A stretch of DNA of 64,000 nt from Amphiscolops sp. MND2022. Taxonomy: Eukaryota. The stretch covers positions 68,944,001 through 69,008,000 of the forward strand of contig OZ076415.1 in NCBI GenBank assembly GCA_964187785.1, given 5' to 3'. The position numbers were made by a program, and so were the translations under genes. How positions within the stretch are numbered: the first letter of the stretch is position 1; every line of letters begins with the position of its first letter. This document shows, in pieces, positions 25,267 through 37,142 of the stretch. The notes beneath the pieces were generated by a model. It was not told where the DNA came from and ran no database searches. It was given only the letters and a program-made list of their open reading frames with translations.

Positions 25267-28200
25267 TGAAGAATAGAGAAATTGAGAACTGTTGATAAAC
25301 AACTGTTGCCATTTTGAGTTTGTATTTACCTACAAACATTTAGTTCGATAACTAAAGTTTGACCTCATTATAGTACGTTTCGATCCAGAGAAAACATTGT
25401 TATTTTACATACGTTTTGAATTGAGATATTCTCATAGAATACAATATGGCGCAGACAGCATTCTGAAATATCAGAAGAAAACTACAATACAATGGAAGAC
25501 GAACCAAATAATTCCATGGGAGAAACGAGCAGCCGCTCGCTACCAAACAATACCACTGCACGATCGGTTGAACGGACGACTACCCAGAAGTTACCCATAC
25601 CGATCTTGGAAAAAAATGACCACACCAGTGCAAAGCTCTGGTGGAGGAAATTTATCCAATATATAAAAATGACTCGCGAATTGGACCTATCAAAGATGAC
25701 AAACTCCAAAGAAGTATTGCCACAATATAGGGACCAATTAGAAGAGGAAATAAAAGATGTCTTCATCTGGGCAATCGGGCAGTCAGCACTAACAGAAATG
25801 ACAAAGACGGTAAGAGAAAGAGAACCAACCTCTTTACCATTGTACCGTCTATATGCACTGTTCAGATTACATTTTATACCCGAACGGAACAAACACCATA
25901 GCAGGGCCGACTTCTTCAATCTAAAAAGAGAACCGGGAGAATCGGCAGCCGAAACCTGGAAACGAATCCTGGAAATAGAAAAAAACTGCGAATTCGAAGA
26001 AATAACAGCAGCAGAATTATTGGCCTCAAAATTCCTCTCAGTCATTGGAAAAACAACTGGAGACAACAATCTAAAAAAGAAAATCAAAAAAGGAGATATG
26101 TCGATGGAAGCCATTACCGACACAATCCACGAATACATGTACGAAAAAATGAACGAATCACGAGACTCAGAAGAAGAAACAAAAAGTAAACACGTAGAGA
26201 GAAAAAGAAACTACCAAAAATTGGAAAAAGAGAAACCGAACAAATTCAGAAAAGTTGACTGTATTAGATGCGGCGCACCAAACTGGAGCAAATCCCACGA
26301 CTGCCCGGCAAAAACAAAGAAATGCCTAAACTGTGGAAAAATCGGTCACCACGCGAAACTGTGTAGAACTAAACAAAAGACAGACCGAAGAATAAAACAC
26401 ATCCAACCGGAATCGGAAGCATCCAGCGCAGAAGAAGATGAATGGTCACCAAACAGAATACACCTCATCACAAGAATGGTCCATTCAACAAAACAAAACA
26501 CCAAAGACGGACAACCATTCTTCACCATGACGGCATTGGTTAATAACCGACCAATCAAATTCATAATTGATAGCGGATCACCGGTCACACTGGTACCAAA
26601 ACAATTATTCAACCATATAACACCTATACATTCTCTACACACGGAGTATAGAGACGTCAACAACAATAAAATAAAGTTCGAAGGAAAAACAACGGCAAAA
26701 GTAGAGATCAACGGAGAAACAAAAAACCTTGGAATTACTAATAACAACAAAAAGAACAAACCCACTTCTTGGACTGGACTGGATGAATCAATTGGGAATC
26801 AAATTGAATACAGAAAAGTCTAACCTGAAAATACAAAATATCCAAGAAAATCCGGACGTAACTGAGTTGAAGAAAAAATTCAATAACCTGTTCCACGAAA
26901 ATAAAACAATAAAGGGAATAGAGGTAGATATTCAACTGAAACCGGATGCAAAACTGATACAACAGAAAGGCCGACCAATACCGATACACTTACAACCAAC
27001 GGTCGGTAAAGAAATAGAAAAATTGAAGAAAAACGGGCACATAGAAAGAGCAACCGACATAGACGAAAACTGCTTTGTAAGCCCAGCAGTAATCACCGTT
27101 AAGAAAGATAAAACGGTCAAAATCGCTCTAGACTCACGGAAATTAAACGAAATAACCGTGAAAAGAAAGGCACAAATGCCGAATATGGAGGAGCTGATAT
27201 CTCGAATATCAAGAAAAATAGCAGACGGAGAAACTGATTTAATCTGGATATCAAAACTGGACCTGGATTACGCCTATGGCCAATTGCAGCTATCAAAATT
27301 AGCAAAGGATCTGTGTATATTCGCAATAACCGGAGGCAACTTCACTGGATATTACAGATTCCTAAAGGGTTTCTACGGATTGGCGGACATCCCGACCATT
27401 TTTCAAGAAAAGATCGACCAAAGACTGGAGAACAAACACCCGGCGTGACTAGATGACATATTAATCGTCACAAAAGGGACAAAAGAACAACACAAACGTG
27501 AGTTAACCGAAGTATTAACTAAACTAGAAAACGCAGGTTACAGACTCAGTGAAAACAAATCAGAATTTTTCAAATCTGAAATAGAATGGGTGGGTCATAA
27601 AATTGATCAAAACGGTATTAGACCGTTACAAGACAAACTAAAAGCAATACAAGAACTGAAAGAACCAAAAAACGAAAAGGAATTAAAATCCTTTTTAGGC
27701 GCGATTCAGTATTTGTCAAAATACATTGAAAATTTGTCAGCACAAACGGACCTACTGAGACAGCTACTGAAAAAGAAAAACAATTGGAACTGGACAACGG
27801 AACATTCCGAAGCATTTAACCAGTTAAAACGCAAAATCACGGAAATACCGTGTCTTGCCCACTATAGCTCCATTCGACCAAACACCATAACAACAGACGC
27901 CAGTACAAAAGGCCTAGGTGCAACTCTTTGGCAAGAACAAGAAAATGGAGATTTTAAAACCGATAGCGTTCGCAAGCAGATTTCTATCGGACACGGAAAA
28001 AAAATACGCAATAAACGAGCTGGAATTATTAGCGGTTGTTTGGGGTTTAAAACACTTCCGCCTTTACATCTACGGAAAACCCGTCAAACTCCTGACGGAC
28101 CACCAAGCCCTTGAACCGTTAATAAAACGCAACCGCTCTAACAAAACATATAGCGCGCGGCTAACACGCTGGTTGGACCGATTAGCACACTTTACGATAA

Positions 28201-31200
28201 ATGTAAACCATATCGCCGGAAAACATCTAGCGCTTACCGATTACTTGAGTAGAAATCCAATCGCACCGGCGCAAAGCGATGACGTATACGAAGAAGAATA
28301 CGTCATTAACAGCATAGCACCGCACTACGGATTCGTTTCTAAACTCGGATGCCTTAGCAACCATTTCAACCAATCACAATCGGCGAATAGCATAGCAAAC
28401 TCGACGAAAGCAAACAAACACCGGTCATCGAACAACACGCGTGAACAAACCGCCATTCACAGCCTCATTAACACTCCAAACAGTAACGTCAATTCACCGA
28501 TAATGGACGCCAAAACTATTGACAATCTTGAAAGAATCGATTCGTCCCAAGAAACCATCAATTTAATTGAACGATGGCGAATCATCGTAAAGCCGGGAAT
28601 CTACCGACTATCAAACGGCAAATGGAAGAAATACCATGAGCCAAAATTCCTCCGCGGAGAGAGAAAAATAATTGAAGAAAGGCTTACCGAAATTATAAAT
28701 TGACTGGAAAGCCCTGCCATAGAAGTTACAAACCCGCAAAATCAGACGAACTACTTCCCGGACTGGCAATTCAAAGAAACCAGAAATTTACAAGGCGGAT
28801 TTATCCCACAGGATTACCAGAGCACATCACAAGAACATCCGACAACAAGCCAAACACCGGACGAGACACCGATGGAGGAGGGAGAGATTTCCAGTGACTC
28901 GGAAATGGCACCGTCGGTACTGGAAGTACCCACAATCAATTGGGCGAACTACCTCGGAGTAAAAAGCGTCCAATATATTAAAATGGGACACGCCCCGAGG
29001 ATACAAGCTCTGGAACCAAATAACTGGGACCATGAAAACACCGTCAGGGAGACCGAAAAAGAATTTGCTACGGATCTCCAATTATTAATGACGGAGACAA
29101 CAAACGACCCGAAATTGTTGAAAACCCTCGTGTGCCTGGAAAGAAAACAGTACGATAACATTCCAGAGGAATACAACCAATACAAACGAAAACTATCCAC
29201 GAGATACGGATTGGTATTCTTTGAAGAAAGAATAATTGTCCCCACAAATTTGCGAACAACGGTCGTCACACTGCTTCACAAAGGCCATCCCGCCATCAAC
29301 AAGATGACAATGGCGGCAAAACACTTCTGGTGGCCGAAACTATCCGAAGCAATACAAAGAAAGTGCGACAGCTGTATACCGTGCAAACTTTCCGGTAAGA
29401 ATCTTAAACCAAATATACCTAAAACGGAACAAAACTGTTTACCACCATTAAGCGCACCAAACGAAGAAATCCAATTGGATTTCATTGGACCAATCACGGA
29501 AGAGAACCGAAAATTTTATATCTTACTCTCCATGGACCGGTTTAGCAAATGGCCGGCAGCCAGTCTTTGCAAATCAACAGACGGAAAAACGGCGGTAACT
29601 TTTCTTCAACAATACATCCAATTAAACGGAATACCTAGAACGATTAGAACCGATAAAGCGTCAGCGTTCACAGGTCACTGTTTCAGAGAATTCTGTAAAA
29701 AGAATTTCATCTCACTGATATACGGGACACCGTATATACATACTCCCACTGGCCTAGTGGAACGGGGGGTGAGAACACTAAAAGAAAACTTACTAACCAA
29801 CATAAAAGCGGGTGAACCGTTCGGAAAAGCACTCGATCTGGCTTTAGGAGTAATGCGGACAACCCCACACACTAGACTTAGAAAATCAGCATTTGAATTA
29901 CACTTCGGTAGAGAACCAAACACGGAGTTGAGTAATATGCTAAAATTGAAAGAAATTAAAAAGTTACCCAATAACCATTCCATTTCAGCAAAACCAGAAA
30001 CCCTACAGGTTTACACGTTCAGTGGAGAAGGCGGTAGTTCCGACCATCTACCCATGAAACAAAAAAGAAAGTCAACCAAAACGGTTAGTAAATACCCGTT
30101 TCAATTCTTTGAACGGAAAAACACAAAATCAAAATTTGAAAGTCCCTATTCCGATCAATTACAAACAGCGGTTAAGGGAACTAACCATACCATAACTACA
30201 GCTGAAAATAAAATTATTCACCGAAAACTGATTAGTAAACCAATTACACCATTTGAACAGGAAAACTCCAACAGAGGAACCGGACCAAGAGGACCGGACG
30301 GAAGATTTTCCCGCAAAGAAGACAAGCCACCAACAACTCCAGAGCTATCCCAATCACAAGAAGAGCAATTGGACACTAGCCCGGAAACACCGAACATCCG
30401 AAAAAGTGGAACATTCGGTAGAGGAAAACCAAGGTTCATCAGAAACCGGGAAACGTCAACCTCACCCGAAAAACAACCGGGAAGAAACAACAACAAACCA
30501 ATGGGGCCACTCACAATTAACGCAGAACAAATGTCGGAATCCGACATAGATCAGGTCATCAATGACACTCAGCAGTCAGGACAAGACCTACACATGAAAG
30601 ACATAAACGGTAAGGTATTTAATACTATAGATTCAGATCTAGAATTAGCAAGTAATCTTAGCTCTAGCACTGAAATAAATAAAGAACTAGAAAACACACA
30701 AGAAACTAACCTACGCCGGTCAAAACGTCTGACGAAAACAAATCCAATCATTAGAATAAATAATCCAGTTAATCAATCTGATTACAGGAAACACCGCAAA
30801 ACGACTAAACCTGTCACCACTACTGGAGACAACAGAAGAAATGCTCGAGCGGGAAGACGAGGACAACCAGTAGACCGTTCACAACCACAAATGTTCCAGT
30901 CAACGGAAAGCAACCATGCCAATCACGGACATCCGGATCCTAAACCAAGACGTGGACGGCATACCGACCACAACACCAATCTGGACGGCAACGGAAATCA
31001 AACGGATAATTCCCATCCAATTACTGAGTGGGAAATGAAGAATAGAGAAATTGAGAACTGTTGATAAACAACTGTTGCCATTTTGAGTTTGTATTTACCT
31101 ACAAACATTTAGTTCGATAACTAAAATTTGACCTCATTATAGTACGTTTCGATCCAGAGAAAACATTGTTATTTTACATACGTTTTGAATTGAGATATTC

Positions 31201-31215
31201 TCATAGAATACAATA
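25267..31215 (+). mobile_element. Ty3/gypsy LTR retrotransposon A, full length but disabled
   Basis: 180-bp LTRs 25267-25446 and 31036-31215 (1 mismatch); TSD ATCGC at 25262-25266 and 31216-31220; PBS TGGCGCAG at 25447; gag-PR-RT-RH-INT order. Confidence 0.95.
25492..31064 (+). pseudogene. Disrupted gag-pol of element A
   Basis: Gag with two Cys/His knuckles, protease DSGS, RT, RNase H, integrase; frameshift in protease (~26730), TGA replacing Trp at 27446 (HPA*LDD), further frameshifts near 27950 and 28700-28870. Confidence 0.9.
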
Positions 31216-32210
31216 ATCGCTTCTTCAGCTATGGAGTTCATATCAAGTTTTGCTTGAATTTAGAGAGCTTCAAAAACTACGAAAAACACAATGCGCAAGG
31301 CTCGCGTTAAACATGGGTCCACATTGGCATGCCCGCAAAAAACTTATGAAAAGCTTAACAGATACAGCTAAAGGCCGCGAGATACGCGAAACGGTGGTTG
31401 AAATTGCCGAACAAGAAATATTATAGAGCGAATAAAATTTCCTTAGAAAGCTTTTCAATAAATCATTTTTTTGAAAATTAACGGCCAATTTCTCCGTAAC
31501 AGAAACTTCTCTAGAAAAACAGAATACATGATATTCGCAGCGCTTCACGTGACATTAATTCCCACATCTCTTGAGACGACGTATGGATACCTTTTTGAAG
31601 GATTAATTTTGCTCTCACTACTTTTGGGAAAAATTATTCCCAAAATTGACGGTCATTTTCTCCGTACAAGAATCTTTTGCAGTCACAAGTTATATGAATA
31701 TTTGCAGCGCTCTTGGTGCATTGCTTCTGATAACCTTGAGACAAAAAGATGCCTTATTGGAGCAATAATTTCCCTGAGAAAGAAATTTTGCGAACCTTTT
31801 TCGGCAATTAACGGCCAATTTTTCCGTAACGGAAATTTTTCCATGAAAATTCGAAGGGCATCTTGTTCCTTCGATTCGTATAAGTTTCACGCAATTGCCT
31901 AAGTTTAGAAGCCTCATCTCGTCTAACCACAAACGTTGCCCTCTCAAAACTATACTTTCAAGTTTCCATGGCAGAGAAAACTATGGAAATATTTTCTGAC
32001 GACAACCAAAACTTACACCATGTTTAATTGCGACCTTGCAAAGTTTTCTTCAAAAAAGTTGAACGCTCCGGTTAATGCGCTTTGAGATATAAGGCTTCGA
32101 AGAAAAACAATGAAGAGTGATGCCACATTTTCAGACAGGAAGATTTAAACCAGAGCCGCATTTGCGGTAAAGGAGTCCGCTTAGGTTTTTTTTCTTTCTG
32201 ACTCGCTCGA

Positions 32211-32620
32211 ATCCCAGTCATACGAATTTATGGTTTAGAAAATGACTGTAGAAAATTTTTTTCGAATCGAAAAAAGTCGAAAAATGACTGCTTTTTGGCA
32301 ATTTTTGGGCTAATTTTGGCTATGATTCTCACATCCCAGTCATGCGATTTTAAAGCCATTTAACAAATAGTACTCTAATATGGAGTAGAATGACTAAAAA
32401 ATTTTGTTCGAATCGTATGGACAGTTTTTGAGAAAATTGAAAAAAGTCGAAAAATGGCTGTTTTTTGGCCATTTTTGGGGTAATTTTGGCTACGTTTCTC
32501 ACATCCCAGCCGTACGATTTTGATGCCATTGCACATATAGGACTCTAATATGGTGTAGAATATCTGTAGAAAATTTCGTTCGAATCGTAAGGACAGTTTT
32601 TGAGAAATTTGAAATTTTCA
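32211..32620. repeat. Diverged ~120-170-bp tandem repeat, 3 units
   Basis: ATCCCAG ... TTCGAATCG ... AAAAAGTCGAAAAATG recurs. Confidence 0.6.
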
Positions 32621-32980
32621 TTGAAAGGGAGGGAGAAAAAAACGACACGATTGCATAAATAGTCGAAATTTTTTTCCGACGCCTAAAAACCAGTCAGTTC
32701 GCTCAATTTTCAGGGCGAATCGCAAAAGGTTTCAATCCGCTTACACTTCGCTCGTCTAAAAAAGAAGTAACTGGTGCAGAAAGCCTCGGTGAAAAACAGA
32801 AACTTCTGAATTTATATGAATTTTTAATTGAACAATCTGAGGCCAGCTCTAAGCAAAAAATAGATAGCAGCGCGATTCGAGCCACTTCTTTCTGATTCGT
32901 AATATCTGCCAAAACCAAAATTTTATACGTAACGCCAACTATAGTATAATTCCCACATTGCAAATTGGCCGCCCTATCCG

Positions 32981-33677
32981 CCCAGTGTAAAATATCTTGA
33001 AACTCTTGCCAAGATCTTGGATTTTCCCGCAAATTCCCGTTACCTCTTGAAACCCTTGATAAGATCTTGTTTATTCTTGCTTGACACAAAACTCTTGAAA
33101 TTATTGATAGGAATCTTGGTAAGAGTCTTATCAAGAGTGTCAAGAAAATAAATGTTGTTTACAAGTTTTTGCTGTTGTTCGCACTACCAGCTACACTATC
33201 ATTCTTTGAAGTATTGGAGATAAGACAACACAAAGTATCGAAATTCAGAACATGATAGTCTGGTTGGTAGCGCGAACAGCCGTGGTAGAATAGGTACGCT
33301 GATCAAGCCGAAGTGGCGTGGGTTTTTGTTTGTTTTCATTCACTTTTGTTAGCTTTTCTCTTGAAACTCTTGGCAAGATTCTTGGCATTTCTTGCATTTT
33401 CCCGGATTTCTTGGCAAGATTCTTGACGTTTCTTGGATTTTCTTGGATTTCTTGACAAGATTCTTGGTTTTTCCTGGAAGGTTTTTTGTACTAAAAACAC
33501 TTTTTCTGCATTTTTTCAGTCGAAAAAATTAGGCATTTTTCTCGAAGTTTTTGGCAAAATCTTGCAAGATCGTACATATTCTTGGCGCTCTTGGTAAGAA
33601 TCTTGTCAAGATTCTTACCAAGGGTTTCAGGAATTTGCAATATTCTTGACAAGAGTTTCAAGATATTTTACACTGGG
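32981..33677. mobile_element. Non-autonomous TIR element with CCCAG...CTGGG ends (CMC/EnSpm-like)
   Basis: Perfect TIR CCCAGTGTAAAATATCTTGAAACTCTTG, flanked by CG on both sides (2-bp TSD); interior rich in AAGA/TCTTG. Confidence 0.7.
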
Positions 33678-34574
33678 CGTTGCGTTGCATTCGTGTCCGT
33701 CTTAAAGAAATGTCTGTAATATGCTAGCGATGTTAGTCGGAACTAAAAGCGCCGACTGAAAACAAATGTGGAATTCATAGAAACAACACACTGTATGAAA
33801 CGAATTGGACCCTTGATTGTAAAAATTTGTTTGAACTGAAAATTAGTCAGCTGAGTAGTTTTGGAGGTTGAATCAAAACATTCTCGAATAGCATCATTCA
33901 ATTTGTAGTTGTAGAGGCACTTCAGAACAAGTTTCTCACTAGTTCCTAATCTAAGAACAAGTTTGTGCAAAATTATGTGTTCCGCAGTCCCTGGTTTGCA
34001 GTTTTGTATTATTGACAGAAACTACTCCGTCTACTAAAAAACTATTTTGTTCACTGAAAATTAGGAGAAAACTTTTTTTTTGAGAAAAATGAATTTTATG
34101 TCCATTTCATACATTGCATTCAAGTTTTCACTCTCAAATGTCCTGTTCACGAAGATTTCTATTTAAAATCTTGGAAAGAAAGTTATCTCTGTGGACACGT
34201 TAGTTCAAAAAGCATTTGAAATATTATCAGCATATTTTTCCTTTTCTCCAGACTTTCGAAAATTTCACCTAACTACACTAGAAGCGAATTCAGTGGTAAA
34301 ACGTCATGTTTCTACTTTTTTGTATATTGATCTCCTAATTCTCAAGCAAAACTGCTGTCAGTTTTGCTGTTTCCCAGAATAGTACTTTGTTTAGAAGCTT
34401 TTGGTCCTTTTCAACCGAAAGCAATTCATTCATAGCTGAATGACACCTCTTCATTTTAAAAAAAAACGTTTTGAAGCAACAGGAGTATATCACTGGAAAT
34501 CTAAAAGAAAATCCAAACGTTCTTTAAATTAACAAGACGCCCACTGAACACCGGGATATTTTCCACCTTGTCAA

Positions 34575-34655
34575 AAAAAATCTGATGAAGGCGAGATCCG
34601 AACCCACTTTCTACTGATTGACAGGCGCATGCACTACCAACTGAGCCATCGTAAC
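34575..34655 (-). other. tRNA-like pseudogene or SINE head
   Basis: A box TGGCTCAGTTGG, B box GGTTCGGATC, followed by a T-run; stems do not form a proper cloverleaf. Confidence 0.4.
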
Positions 34656-34721
34656 TCGAATAGCAACTAACTGAGAGAGCAACTAACATGAAGATTGTGG
34701 AGATTTGGCAGAATTCGGAAA

Positions 34722-35347
34722 AACAAGACGGGAACGTCTAAAGTCGGCGCTATATCTAAGGCTCAAAAAGCGCAAAACATTTTTTTTGGAAAAAACGTGG
34801 AGTTTTCGAAAAAATTTTTTCTTTCGGAAAATGTCGCACAGTGCCAAGATATGCAAAAGAGGGGACTCTTTTTGATTTCCAAACATGCATTCTGTTGCAA
34901 AATAACAAAAAACTTAATGGGGGACCGAAAATTTTCGAAAAAAAGTCGCACAGTGCTGAAAAAAAATCAAAAGGGGGGACCCTTTAGCCTCGGCCGGTTT
35001 TGTAGGTTACGTTAAAAAAGTAAAAAATGAAAGGGGGGACCCTTTGGGGACAAAAAAATCCGAGAAAAAAGTCGCACAGTGCCGAAAAAAAACGAAAAAA
35101 AATTCGAAAGGGGGGACTCTTTAGTCCCGTCCGGTTTTGTAGGTTACCTTGAAAAAGTAAAAAATGAAAGGGGGGACCCTTTGCACTAAGTTTGCCTTGG
35201 CCCCTTTGCCGGACTGGGCGCCTTAGGTGATTTCAGGGTTGTTTCTAAAAAGTGGACCGATCAGTGTGAGGATTGTAGTCTGAAGAAAAAAACAGTCACT
35301 GCTATAGTCGGGCATTTTTCCCTTAATGGAAAAGCGCCGACTAAAAA
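34722..35347 (-). mobile_element. HINE-like repeat
   Basis: Same termini, variant hairpin. Confidence 0.55.
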
Positions 35348-35861
35348 CGCAACACAGAGGATGATGTTCCTCCGCTACACAATGAATTGTGGGGGTCGGG
35401 GCTCTTTTCTGTTCCCCACCATCACCAAAATTCTTGAAAATAACTTTCCTTAAAAACTTTAGACTAGCCTAATTAAAAGTAAAACCTTCTTCCATAACAG
35501 GAAGTTAACTTCTATTAGAGTAGTTTTCTGCTTGAACAAAACATTGTTCACACATTTTGACTATAATTATGTTCCTATTGAGTGTTTATTGATGACTCAA
35601 AATAGGAAGCTGTTGATTTCTTTATCAAAAATGCGTGACTACATAGGGAAAAAGTGTGAACAAAGTTTGTATCTGAATCCTAAACTATCACCCTGAGAAT
35701 AAATTTAAAACTGAAGCTTTCATGTTTGTATTCAAGTCTATTTGCTATAAGATTTTCACTATTTTTCCAAAAAAATTTTGGTGGTGGGGGGCGAGCAGAT
35801 AAGAGCCGGGGTCGGAAAAAAAAGAATAATAGTAATCGTTGAAAAAGACAACTGGTTTGAC

Positions 35862-36033
35862 CTGCTCTCATATCGGCATTGTCCCACATGGATTTGATGA
35901 CGTTGCTGTAGTTCCAAGCCCACTCTTCGCAGGAGTACAGGCGAATGAAGGCAACTGTGAAGCAGATAAATGCAAGTCCCGCCAAAACTGCTCCCACAAC
36001 CGACAGCACACAGTGCAGTCCCACGTTACCCAT
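35862..36033 (-). CDS. Probable exon 1 of a small four-transmembrane (claudin/PMP22-like) protein
   Basis: ATG, hydrophobic TM1 (LHCVLSVVGAVLAGLAFICFTVAFI), W-rich loop (EEWAW...SMW), GCAG|GTCAAA donor in phase 1. Confidence 0.55.
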
Positions 36034-36464
36034 TTATAACTTGGCTTATAACTAGTCCTGGTTATAACTCTTGGTAAGACTTTGAGAACGATTCTTGAAA
36101 AGGAATTTTTAGTGTCTGACAAGCGAAATCAAGCAAAATCATGTTCTAAGAAATTCCAGCGTGGAAGGTGTGACATTAGTCGAGAGTCCTAGACCCAATG
36201 TTCCTTTCTTTCAAATATTCATCATTTTAAATATTTCCCGTAGTTTTCTTATTAAAAACTGAATATTTTGTGGGAAGTCCGCTCATGGTTCAAGTTCCAT
36301 TATGTCGACATCGCTTGCCCTGAAAGTTTGGACAAATAAAATATTTGATGTCAACACAGTCCTGTATTTTACATTAATTCACAGTTAAAATTTCTTAAGG
36401 TGCTCAATTTAATTTATGCCGGAGAAATTTTGCGTTTAAACAGGGGCTTTCCTAAACAATTTTA

Positions 36465-36780
36465 GGATCTCTTTCACTATATCCCCCCCCTACAGCAAAA
36501 AAGGGGGACATAGTGAAACGCTATTAAATAAATGTATTGCACATTCTGATAGCGCAGATCTGCTCTTATCTAACAACTCTTCTGATTGGCTGAGTGGTGA
36601 TTTTGATAAAAAGAACCAATAAAAAGTGTCGTTAGTTATGACGACATCAATCGATTGACAGAATAGCATGAGAGATTAGCCAATAGGAGATAAATATAAA
36701 TGAGCCACAAACATTCTTTTTCTCTAGGGGGGACATAGTGTAACGATTGATATAGGTGGGGGACATAGTGAAAGAGATCC
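36465..36780. mobile_element. MITE with TIR GGATCTCTTTCACTAT and 8-bp TSD (Merlin- or hAT-type)
   Basis: TIR read at both ends; CAATTTTA at 36457-36464 and 36781-36788. Confidence 0.8.
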
Positions 36781-37142
36781 CAATTTTAGCTTGTTCTAGG
36801 GGTGAATTTTCGCTTTTTTGTCAGAAAAATATCGAAAAAGTCTGGATAATTTTTTTGCTTAGTATCGAAATAACTATTGAAGCAGCAGCTAAAGAACTAG
36901 AGTTAGAGGACAAATCATAGACAGACATTACTATTGTTCAATACCATTATACTTAATTGTCTAGATGTCCTTAGTACCTGCTACTATTGTCTATACCTAA
37001 AAAGCTGATCTTTATTCAGTACGAAAAGATTGATGTTCGAATACAGTTTTATGTTGTTAACTTTTGTCAAGCAAAGAGATTACAACATGGCGCAGTCAGG
37101 CTAACTTACGCTTAGCCAAGAACTACTACACACGATACGGAA

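Noticed and set aside
26715-26745. A AAA AAC heptamer in element A as a programmed -1 frameshift
   Set aside because: The -1 frame stops within a few codons; pol continues in +1, the break is inside the protease, and related element C is a single ORF. It is a mutation or sequencing error.
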